This document shows positions 17,256 to 25,154 of a stretch of 32,000 nt of DNA, in pieces (position 1 is the stretch's first letter; every line of letters starts with the position of its first letter). The DNA is taken from assembly GCA_050872465.1 (NCBI GenBank), contig JBNMGX010000004.1, forward strand, positions 2,155 to 34,154. The letters run 5' to 3'. The translations under genes were made by a program, and so were the position numbers. The notes under the pieces are model-generated. The model had not been told where the DNA came from, ran no database searches, and saw only the letters and a list, made by a program, of their open reading frames with translations. This stretch comes from Hallerella sp. Lineage in GTDB: Bacteria > Fibrobacterota > Fibrobacteria > Fibrobacterales > Fibrobacteraceae.

Positions 17256-18296
17256 TTATTTCCCTCTATGTTCCGCTTCGCTTTCGATTTCTCGCAGTTC
17301 GGCCATATCCGCTTCATCGGCTTCAATCGCGTCCTGCATTTTGCGGCGTTCGGCAAAAGCATCGTAAATTTCGGACACGTGAGCTTCCATCTGCTTATTG
17401 GAGATATGTCCCTTATCTCGCAAGACACCCTTGTTTTGGAAGTTCAGCAGGGCATCGACATTGTTTCTCCAAAAGTCCAGAGTCAGGTCCTTACGTTCCT
17501 TAACTCGCAACTCTGCAGAGTCCAAAAAGAGAACCGTAAGACGATTCAGCGAATCAATCTCGTCGTGCGAAAGGTAATTCTTGGCAATGAAAATATCTTG
17601 CTTGCGAACCACCGTACCATGCCATGCCGTTAAGCCCATATTCGGTTTTTGGGCATCTGCTCGATCGCATATAATTTCTGCAGCAGTTCTGTTGGCTACG
17701 GCATAAAGCAGTTTGTTCTGTGTTTCGGCAAAGAACATTTGGGTTGCCTTGTCTGACGCATCGTAATCGCTACTTAGGGCAAGCAAATCTCGAACCTTCT
17801 GATAGAAACGCTTTTCAGAGGCTCTGATATCACGAATGCGCTCAAGAAGTTCATCGAAATAGTCTGGACGTCCATCGGGATTCTTAAGACGATCATCATC
17901 AATATCAAACCCCTTAATCATGAACTGTTTAAGGTGTTGATTCGCCCAAATGCGGAATTGGACGCCCCGTTTGCTCCGGACTCTAAAACCGATGGCCAAA
18001 ATCATGTCCAAAGAGTAAAAAAGGACCTTATAATTCTTACCGTCTTCGGCAGTTGTAAAGTAATACTTTACAACTGAATTTTCATCTAACTCCTTGTCCT
18101 GCAAGACATTGGCGATATGCGCACCTACATTTTGCTTTGAGGTGTCAAAAAGTTCTGCAATCTGATTTTGATTCATCCATACATTGCCGTCTTTGGCCAT
18201 TAAGGCGACTTTCGCCTTGCCATCAAGGGTGTTATAGATGATAATGCTCTGCTCAACTTTTCCCGCAGAGCCTTTATTTTCGTCTTTTTTCGCCAT
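17256..18296 (-). CDS. RhuM-family (virulence protein RhuM-like) protein
   Basis: 346 aa. IIIYNTLDGKAKVALMAKDGNVWMNQNQIAELFDTSKQNVGAHIANV...LAIGFRVRSKRGVQFRIWANQHLKQFMIKGFDIDDDRLKNPDG...DYFDELLERIRDIRASEKRFYQKV is a very typical RhuM-family sequence. Confidence 0.85.
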   Translation of the reverse strand: MAKKDENKGSAGKVEQSIIIYNTLDGKAKVALMAKDGNVWMNQNQIAELFDTSKQNVGAHIANVLQDKELDENSVVKYYFTTAEDGKNYKVLFYSLDMILAIGFRVRSKRGVQFRIWANQHLKQFMIKGFDIDDDRLKNPDGRPDYFDELLERIRDIRASEKRFYQKVRDLLALSSDYDASDKATQMFFAETQNKLLYAVANRTAAEIICDRADAQKPNMGLTAWHGTVVRKQDIFIAKNYLSHDEIDSLNRLTVLFLDSAELRVKERKDLTLDFWRNNVDALLNFQNKGVLRDKGHISNKQMEAHVSEIYDAFAERRKMQDAIEADEADMAELREIESEAEHRGK

Positions 18297-18380
18297 GTTT
18301 AGCCTATATTAGTCCGATTTCGCCACAAATTTCCATTCTACCTAAATATAACCCATTCCCGTTGTCATTTATTGTCAAAA

Positions 18381-19824
18381 TCAATATTCCCTCAATTCCT
18401 GGATAAGTTTTATTTCAATCCCAGCCATTTTCTCTGAGAAATCCTTAAATGACGCCGTGTTTTGCGGGATGGGAATGCCAATTGCTGAAATTTGGCCACC
18501 CTGTCCTAATGCTTTCTTGGGGCGTGATTGAAGAACCGTTTCATACTGATTGTTTTTGTTCTCGATTGGAAATAGCAATATTGCCTTTTTCGCGGGAATG
18601 CAGTGTATGTAGGCGAGCATTTGGAAAAGATCGTTTCTTCCCATGCAAACTTTAAAACCTGTATCGTTATCAAAAGTGTCGGTTTCGTCATTTTCCGATA
18701 CATTTGCAAATCTTTTATATTTTGCATCAAGAACGATACTTTGATCAATCGCCTGATTGCGACGGTAAAAATCCGGATAATATGTTCCACCGTTTTCAAA
18801 GAGTCTGATGCCATTTTGTTTGAGGCGGTTGTTGGAATGGACAAAGCCCAATTTGGCCTTGTCGATTACCGTTGCCAGGTATTCTTCCCAAAGACTGGCA
18901 CCGTCAAAAAGAATTCCTCCGATGAGTTTGGAATCTTCGCCATAGCTTAGTTTTTTGTGAAGTAGAATCGAGAGGCAAAGAAGTCGCAATGGTTCGTAGG
19001 CGGTGTAGTACGGATGCGTTATCCGGCGCAGATTTTTGGAGATAATCTGATTCCGGGCGTTTTTATTATAGGATTCCGTCACCTGTTCAATCGCTTGAAC
19101 ATTGTCGCGAGTTTTGCCGGCGATACCACCACCCAGAACCGCTCTGCCGCAAGGCAGGGATGTGTTCGATGGTATGGCGCACAAGTTGCGTCACGTTGTT
19201 GTCGGTGGTGTATTCTCGCGTGTGGTACGCGACCTTGCCATTAAAGGGAATGTTGTAACGGATGTGTCGGTTGATATCTATCGGGCCGCGGACATTGGCG
19301 TCGTTGTATTCACGCGTCACGTAAGCGCGATAGATGCCCTGCTTTATGGACTGATTCAAATAGTTCGGGAAAAGATAAAAGAGAAAATCGTAAAACTGAT
19401 CTTCGCCAGAATTGGTTTCGGGAACGTAGGCTATATTGCAGACCTTTTGCAGCATATAGTGCAAAAAGAAATTCTTGTCGGCATCGTCGAAACGAGACGA
19501 AATGCACATGTGCACATTTTTGCCCAGGCCCAGAAAGCCCATCACGTTCCCTGTCCGGAACTTGGGATTTTTCGTTTCTTTATCTACAAGCGAATAGATG
19601 AAATCCTTGTCGGCAAGGTCCTTTTCGCCCGCGGTAAACGGGAACACGAGAAACTTGCGAACGTCGAATTCCTTTTTCGAAAGATCGCTTAACGAGAGAC
19701 CGTCAAAACTCAGCAAAGCGTCTTTCTCTTCGCCTTCGTAGGCGTGAGACTTTTCATTTTTTTGAACAGCCTCGTCCCATTTTGTGAGATTGTTGACCTG
19801 ATTATCTTTTAAAGAGATGAGCAT
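18381..19824 (-). pseudogene. mcrC: McrC-like 5-methylcytosine restriction subunit, split by a frameshift
   Basis: Two overlapping minus-strand ORFs (19087..19824 and 18381..19184) together make one McrC-sized protein. The total span of 1444 nt is not a multiple of 3. The N-part is McrC-like (LISLKDNQ...FYDFLFYLFPNYLNQSIKQGIYRAY). The C-part carries the PD-(D/E)XK nuclease motif (YYPDFY...IVLDAKYK). It starts 2 nt after the mcrB stop. Confidence 0.7.
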
Positions 19825-19826
19825 TG

Positions 19827-21734
19827 TTATTTCTGTTCACTGGCTTTAAGATTGTACGCATCCTCAAGCTTTTTCAGCAAAATGCCACTTGCATCGTCAA
19901 TTCCGCGAAGGTATTCGCGAACAACGCCCTTGATGTGGTAATCCCACAGTTTTTCAAACGCTTCGTCATCATTACTTCCTTTGAAGTAATTGGCGAATTT
20001 AAGGAAGTATGCCCCGCCAATCTGGTAATCCTTGCCCAGATGGAATTCTTCATCAAGGATAGCTTTGTTCAGATTATCCATTCGATCTATGATTGCCTGG
20101 AGATGCGCGGACACGTCAATGGTTTCATCTGATCCATCGGCATTTTTCTCGCCAGTCTTCCAAGACTTTCCATCTCCAAACATATTTTTTCGACTCTGTT
20201 CGGCAGTTATTTCTTCAAAGGCGAATCTACGACGCATAGCAAAGTCCATACTTTCGACACTTCGGTCGATGTCGTTCATTGTACCGATGATATAGACGTT
20301 TTCCGGAACGAAGAAGCCATTTGCAAAAACATCCTCTTCATCAATTAGATTTTGATACTGGGTATTTATTCGACCTTTCTCTCCGCGATAACCAGGATCG
20401 ATCGCGTAAAACAGTTCTCCAAATATTTTGGATATTTCTCCACGATTGATTTCATCGATGATAAAGACAAATAGCTTGGCTTTTGAAGATAATGCACTTT
20501 TGCAGAATTTTTTGAATGCGCCATCTTTGTATTCAAAACCGTCTGCTTTTCCATCTTGCCCTTTTGCGGGTCTCAATCCTTCTACAAAATCAGTATAGTC
20601 ATACGATTGGTGGAACTGAACCATTTTCCATTCGGCGCCCATTGACTCTGCAATCTTTTTAGCAAGATATGTTTTCCCAGTTCCTGGAGCTCCGTGGAGA
20701 ATGATGTTGTGATTGTTCTTCAGAAAATCAACGTAATTCATGTAATCTACTTCCATAGCATTATCCTCCTTGTCTTGCGGGCCATCCATCTCCAGCTTAT
20801 CTTTTGCGAATTTGATTAAGTCATGTAACTTGTCACTGCATTCTTGCAATGTCTTGCGATACTTGCCATACATATTTCCATCGAAATCAATTTCTGGTGA
20901 AACGCGGACCCAATCGACATCACAGCTAAACCAGTGTGGACGAGTTGAATCTTTCGCCTCCATATTAGATGTGGCACAACCAACGCCATAGACCTTTATA
21001 AAAGGAAGGTCGTGTTTAGATCCCTTTGTAGAACATGTGGCCGCGATGATGATATCGCCGATTTTAACCTGCTTAATATACTTTTCGGTATCGCATTCGC
21101 CACCTTCCCAATATCCGTCTTTTACGAAGGTGTCGATCATGTTTTGACGTGGTTCACCGAAACTTGTCCCTGCAATCCAAATCCGCTGCATTTCTGCAGC
21201 GTAACTGAAAGCCGCATCAGAGAACTCGTAGAAATTGTGGTAGGACTTATCGCCACTATTAAGGAGTTCTTTAACTTTTTTAGCAGCATTCTCATACACC
21301 GCGTAGGAAACTGAATTGTCACGCAACTTTAAGCCGCTTTCCTTATTAAGAAAAATTCGAGAAAGACTGTCCATTGGCGGATATTCATTGGGCTTCATCC
21401 AGAAAAATGCATAAGTCAAATTCCACTTGACGCCATTCTTTTTCTGAGCCTCATCAAAATGCTCGGCAATCTTGGCGGAATCGTTCTGCATAAAGGCTTC
21501 AAACAGGTTCCACAGTAATGGAATTGTCTCCAACTTTTCATTTTCGTAGTAGAAACAGGATTTCTGTGCATTGCTGATGGGGAGCCCTTCAAAGTCGTCC
21601 GGGACAGGCGCTACAATTTCAAATTTCGCTTTAAGAGCCTTAATCATTTCCTGGCGTTTCTCAACACCAGAGGAACGGTTAAATATTGCAAAAACAGTAA
21701 ACGGATCGATATCGCGAAGAATTCCGTCGGACAC
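19827..21734 (-). CDS. mcrB: McrB-family AAA+ GTPase restriction subunit (largest intact ORF; the true N-terminus at 21875 is cut off by an in-frame TGA)
   Basis: Walker A ILHGAPGTGKTY (about 20670-20700), FIIDEINRGEISKIFGELFYAIDPGYRG and IIGTMNDIDRSVESMDFAMRRRFAF are McrB/GTPase AAA+ signatures. The tool start is a GTG. The same frame continues upstream as MAKFTWIPFYEEFAKKLLDYKD...SLDAE-TGA-IGFLTAK from an ATG at 21875 with a GAGGG RBS. Confidence 0.85.
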   Translation of the reverse strand: MSDGILRDIDPFTVFAIFNRSSGVEKRQEMIKALKAKFEIVAPVPDDFEGLPISNAQKSCFYYENEKLETIPLLWNLFEAFMQNDSAKIAEHFDEAQKKNGVKWNLTYAFFWMKPNEYPPMDSLSRIFLNKESGLKLRDNSVSYAVYENAAKKVKELLNSGDKSYHNFYEFSDAAFSYAAEMQRIWIAGTSFGEPRQNMIDTFVKDGYWEGGECDTEKYIKQVKIGDIIIAATCSTKGSKHDLPFIKVYGVGCATSNMEAKDSTRPHWFSCDVDWVRVSPEIDFDGNMYGKYRKTLQECSDKLHDLIKFAKDKLEMDGPQDKEDNAMEVDYMNYVDFLKNNHNIILHGAPGTGKTYLAKKIAESMGAEWKMVQFHQSYDYTDFVEGLRPAKGQDGKADGFEYKDGAFKKFCKSALSSKAKLFVFIIDEINRGEISKIFGELFYAIDPGYRGEKGRINTQYQNLIDEEDVFANGFFVPENVYIIGTMNDIDRSVESMDFAMRRRFAFEEITAEQSRKNMFGDGKSWKTGEKNADGSDETIDVSAHLQAIIDRMDNLNKAILDEEFHLGKDYQIGGAYFLKFANYFKGSNDDEAFEKLWDYHIKGVVREYLRGIDDASGILLKKLEDAYNLKASEQK

Positions 21735-21904
21735 CTTCGCTGTCAGAAAGCCAATTCATTCTGCATCCAGCGATGTGATCTTCTCAACCAATTCCGGTCG
21801 CGTTGCAGCATCCTTATAATCAAGTAATTTCTTTGCGAATTCTTCGTAAAACGGAATCCAGGTAAATTTTGCCATACCGCCCTCATGTGTTTAAAAAATT
21901 AAAT

Positions 21905-22705
21905 TTATATACAATCAATATAGAATAAAATCCCTTTCGTCACCTCTTCTACATCAATCCCTAGCCAGTTTTTGCCGGATGTTGACAATCGTTTCAAGTA
22001 GGCCTTGTCGCTGAAAACCTGTTCTAATCTTTTTACGACGTCGGCAATACTGTTTTCGCGCATTTGATTGTCACTGAAAATATACGCATCTAAACACTTG
22101 AGAAGATTCGTCTTGTTCGCAACACCGGAAAGATAATAAAGGTCAAACACATCCTTAAAGCGTGTTGAGAAACTCCCGAATTTCAGAAGCGAACGCAATT
22201 TTTCTGCGAACATCTGTTCGCTAGAATTGATTAAAAGACAGGCACCCTCACTATCGAGAGCGATATCGAAACAAAACATTTCCTGATCAATATCCAATCG
22301 GCTATGGACGCCTAAGTCAATTTTGCTTTGAATTTTATTTCCGTTGGAATCTGCAATTTCAATGTGAACGCGTTTCCCCTTGTATTCCTGTTGCTTCAGT
22401 TCCTCGATGGAGCCGAATCGCTTAATCGTTATCCCCTCAAGTCGCCCCATACTTGCTATAAAAATATCAATAGCCGAATCAGTGAGCGGATAACGTAAAA
22501 AATCAATGTCTAGGTCCTGCGTTGCACGGCGAACATTCTTCGTTTTGCTCCTCATTACAACGCCACCCTTGATTGTCACATTTCGCGACAAGGGACCCGA
22601 GGCAATGGCCTTCAAAACAATGTCCTGACACACCTTTGCGCGTGCGTTTAAATCACTATAGCCCAGCGCAATCTCCGCTTGAACCATCTTGGCAATATCC
22701 ATCAT
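21905..22705 (-). CDS. AbiEii/AbiGii-family nucleotidyltransferase toxin (type IV TA)
   Basis: 266 aa. ALGYSDLNARAKVCQDIVLKAIASGPLSRNVTIKGGVVMR...ATQDLDIDF is a typical AbiEii N-terminal NTase motif. Its start overlaps the stop of the upstream AbiEi gene (TGATG at 22703-22707). Confidence 0.8.
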   Translation of the reverse strand: MMDIAKMVQAEIALGYSDLNARAKVCQDIVLKAIASGPLSRNVTIKGGVVMRSKTKNVRRATQDLDIDFLRYPLTDSAIDIFIASMGRLEGITIKRFGSIEELKQQEYKGKRVHIEIADSNGNKIQSKIDLGVHSRLDIDQEMFCFDIALDSEGACLLINSSEQMFAEKLRSLLKFGSFSTRFKDVFDLYYLSGVANKTNLLKCLDAYIFSDNQMRENSIADVVKRLEQVFSDKAYLKRLSTSGKNWLGIDVEEVTKGILFYIDCI

Positions 22706-23370
22706 CAGAAAACCTCCAGCTGTAGGGCCTTGTTTATCATGCCTGCTTTGGGGAAGTTTTCAAGATATTCCTGCATCGATTGCAAATCTAGATCACCGAT
22801 GATTTTTCGGTAGTTGCCGATGATTTCTTTGTAGTAGTCGTAAGGGAGGTTGTTCTTGTGGCGGATCAGCTCCAGGAGCATCCGTTCTTTATTGTAGATA
22901 TTGATCTGTGCGTCGGCGTAAAGCATCGTTGTTGCGCCGAGGCGTAAAACATCTTCCTTTTCGAATTTTTGGACAACCCGCGAATCGGCAATTTTCTTTG
23001 CCCCGCTTGTTGTATTCAGGAAGATTTTATCGGGAATGGAATCTGTCAGTCCATGGCAATAAAAAGCCGTATTTAACGTTATCACGCCCTTGGGATACTT
23101 GGCCGCAACAATAGCAATATCCGACTCGTTTTTCCGGTCAGAATACACGCCAGGCTCCAGCTGAAAGATAACGCCCTCAGCAACAGCCCTCTTTACAAGG
23201 TACTTGGAACCAAACCGTTCTATGCACTGTTCGTAAGTCCGTATCATTTTGCCAAAGGTATGTAAAATATTTGATTTTACCGACTTTTGGTTAAAAATAG
23301 TCTTTTTTAAGGCAAGAATCAAGCCTATCAGAGGCAATTTGCTCATTTTCATCTCCTTCCTCGCCGACAA
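22705..23370 (-). CDS. AbiEi-family antitoxin/transcriptional regulator (type IV TA)
   Basis: VKRAVAEGVIFQLEPGVYSD...AIVAAKYPKGVITLNTAFYCHGLTDSIPDKIFLN matches AbiEi_4-type antitoxins by eye. The true start may be the internal ATG at 23247 (MIRTYEQ...), since the first roughly 41 codons look non-homologous. Confidence 0.75.
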   Translation of the reverse strand: MSARKEMKMSKLPLIGLILALKKTIFNQKSVKSNILHTFGKMIRTYEQCIERFGSKYLVKRAVAEGVIFQLEPGVYSDRKNESDIAIVAAKYPKGVITLNTAFYCHGLTDSIPDKIFLNTTSGAKKIADSRVVQKFEKEDVLRLGATTMLYADAQINIYNKERMLLELIRHKNNLPYDYYKEIIGNYRKIIGDLDLQSMQEYLENFPKAGMINKALQLEVF

Positions 23371-23445
23371 GCTTAAAACGGCGAGGCATTAATTTTGTGC
23401 CCAGAGAATATAATTAATGGCGAATGCCAAAAGATGACAAAAGCG

Positions 23446-24207
23446 TTAGTAAGAAACTTTCTTTCCATCTGGGGCAATCGTCAGCGCTTTTGCGGCATGC
23501 AGTGCGTCAATCAGTTTTTGAATATTGTCCTCAGAGATCTTTTCCGCCTTAAACCAAGTCTTCAAGGAATTGTGTAAACCGCTCTTTGTTGTCGGAGCGT
23601 TCTTTTTCATATCCTTCAAAAGTTTCTTGGCTTTAGCAACAGCCTTGTTTAAATCAAAAGCCGGTTGCTTGGGTTTCTGCGCTTTTGAAGCAGGCTTTGC
23701 AACGGTTTTAGAAACTTTCTTAGCCGGAGCAGGTGCCGATTGCGCAGAATTATTCAACGTAACACCTAGACGCTTTGCCAAGGCTTCGTAAGAATCTATG
23801 CGCTCGCAGCGATTTTCGCCAAATTCCTTTTGAACATGCAGAATCAACGGGTCATAATCGTGATCCTTTGAAAGAATCACGCAATGACTGTTAAATGGCT
23901 CGCGAGGCATTACTTGACCCATATAGAACGCGATATAGAAATCCAACGCGTTTTCCGCCTGTTTCTTGGTCATGTTTTCCGGAATAGACAGTGCGACTGT
24001 TTTAAGACGGTCCTCGTTCATCGCAAAGCTTAAATCTTTTAATTGATTCAAGGGAATGTCTTTTAGCTTATTGTTTGCGTTATGGAACAATACGAACTTG
24101 ATCGGGCTTCCGTCCGTTTGAACAACCAAATCCAGCAAACCGCTTAAACCGACATTTTCACAATCGATTAAGACATGGGATATGGGAAAGTTTTCTTTTG
24201 CTGCCAT
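23446..24207 (-). CDS. NYN/PIN-like (LabA-like) domain protein with Lys/Ala-rich linker and small helical C-terminal domain
   Basis: ISHVLIDCENVGLSGL...FVLFHNANN...HCVILSKDHDYDPL has the D-x-E-N ... D-x-D acidic pattern of NYN/LabA-type PIN-like nucleases. A low-complexity linker (APAPAKKVSKTVAKPASKAQKPKQP) follows. The ATG at 24207 is preceded by AAGGAG. The ORF is open to 24258, but that extension (MIFFFRIRIV) looks spurious. Confidence 0.55.
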   Translation of the reverse strand: MAAKENFPISHVLIDCENVGLSGLLDLVVQTDGSPIKFVLFHNANNKLKDIPLNQLKDLSFAMNEDRLKTVALSIPENMTKKQAENALDFYIAFYMGQVMPREPFNSHCVILSKDHDYDPLILHVQKEFGENRCERIDSYEALAKRLGVTLNNSAQSAPAPAKKVSKTVAKPASKAQKPKQPAFDLNKAVAKAKKLLKDMKKNAPTTKSGLHNSLKTWFKAEKISEDNIQKLIDALHAAKALTIAPDGKKVSY

Positions 24208-24466
24208 TATTTTTCTCCTTTTTTTCATCACTATGCGAATGCGAAAGAAAAATATCATATTGTCCTAAAGGAAACCAATCCTTAATTACTTTAGACAGAT
24301 CAACTTCATTAGAGCTTTCGGGGAAATGGTATTCATCTAATTTTCTTTCAACTTCATCCTTTTTCCTATTCGCAATTTTGTATCCACTTTTCGCACACTT
24401 TTCTAAATCAAAATCCTTTATCCCGTAATTTTCTATTTTACTTATTTTTAAGAAATGTTCAATCAT
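24158..24466 (-). CDS. N-terminal fragment of a TIR-domain protein (probable remnant)
   Basis: The ATG at 24466 has a strong GGAGGTGA RBS. About 70 aa of leader are followed by YDIFLSHSHSDEKK (TIR beta-A/alpha-A start, as in the paralog at 25155..25757). The frame then runs into the RBS and start of the next gene and stops at 24158, so no TIR fold can be completed. Confidence 0.5.
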   Translation of the reverse strand: MIEHFLKISKIENYGIKDFDLEKCAKSGYKIANRKKDEVERKLDEYHFPESSNEVDLSKVIKDWFPLGQYDIFLSHSHSDEKKEKNNGSKRKLSHIPCLNRL

Positions 24467-24470
24467 ACAA

Positions 24471-25115
24471 TCACCTCCTCCTAACAAGACTCTTAGTCCT
24501 CACTGTATCAATAATTTGAATATTCATTTTCTTCAATTCATCAATTTTCAAAATTAACGAATCTATTTTTTCTAAATTAATTTTCATAGAATCAAATTCT
24601 TTCAACTTTACTTCTAAAGGTATACCATCTTTTTCATTGGTTACTTTTATCTTTTGCGTATCATCTCCATTTATACAAAATGATACTACTGACAAGATTA
24701 AAGTACCAACAAGCATGCATCCATAAAAAGGTCCAATACTAGGAGATTTCAAAACTTCTTTGAAAGATTCTTTGTCTTTATAGTCTTTTATAGATGTGCT
24801 ATACAAAGAAACAACTTTTGGCGGTTGATTATCATTCCCTATTTTAACAACATCTTTATACAAACGCCGAAAGCGGCGCTCCAGTTGTAAATAGAACACA
24901 TCTAAGTATCCAAAAAGAATAATAACTAATATCGTAATAGTACATAACCAAGGAATATTCACTGTAAAAGATATTCCAACAACTCCGGAAACCAAAGCAA
25001 TACACCATTCTTTCATTTGCTTTGAATTTTCACTCATTCTGGTTATGATAGCTTCAACAATATCAATATGTTGTCTTTTTTCTTCTTTTTCATCAGGTCT
25101 TGTTGTGTCACTCAT
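24471..25115 (-). CDS. 3-TM membrane protein with C-terminal coiled-coil-like tail, unknown function (candidate effector)
   Basis: 214 aa. Hydrophobic segments are WCIALVSGVVGISFTV, IPWLCTITILVIILFGYLDVFYL and IGPFYGCMLVGTLILSVVSFCI. A conserved-looking YLQLERRFRRLYKDV lies after TM2. The tail is heptad-like (KINLEKIDSLILKIDELKKMNIQII). It is co-oriented and tightly packed with the TIR genes. Confidence 0.6.
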   Translation of the reverse strand: MSDTTRPDEKEEKRQHIDIVEAIITRMSENSKQMKEWCIALVSGVVGISFTVNIPWLCTITILVIILFGYLDVFYLQLERRFRRLYKDVVKIGNDNQPPKVVSLYSTSIKDYKDKESFKEVLKSPSIGPFYGCMLVGTLILSVVSFCINGDDTQKIKVTNEKDGIPLEVKLKEFDSMKINLEKIDSLILKIDELKKMNIQIIDTVRTKSLVRRR

Positions 25116-25154
25116 TATCGACTCCTTTTTTTTGACGCTACAATACGCCTTTTA

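Noticed and set aside
16322-17260. Terminal inverted repeats for an IS around the transposase-like gene
   Set aside because: The only match is a weak, gapped one: CCGAAATTCTGG on the left versus the reverse complement CCGAATTAGAAATTTTGG on the right. That is not convincing, and no target-site duplication was seen.
16367-18378. Direct repeat TAACCCATT...GTCATT at about 16367-16393 and about 18343-18378, flanking the transposase plus RhuM pair
   Set aside because: It is only a 9-mer plus a 6-mer with a 6-nt gap difference. By rough expectation, matches of this size occur by chance several times in 32 kb.
24207-24258. N-terminal extension MIFFFRIRIVMKKRRKI of the NYN-like ORF
   Set aside because: It overlaps the TIR stub and has odd composition. 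The internal ATG at 24207 has a canonical AAGGAG RBS.
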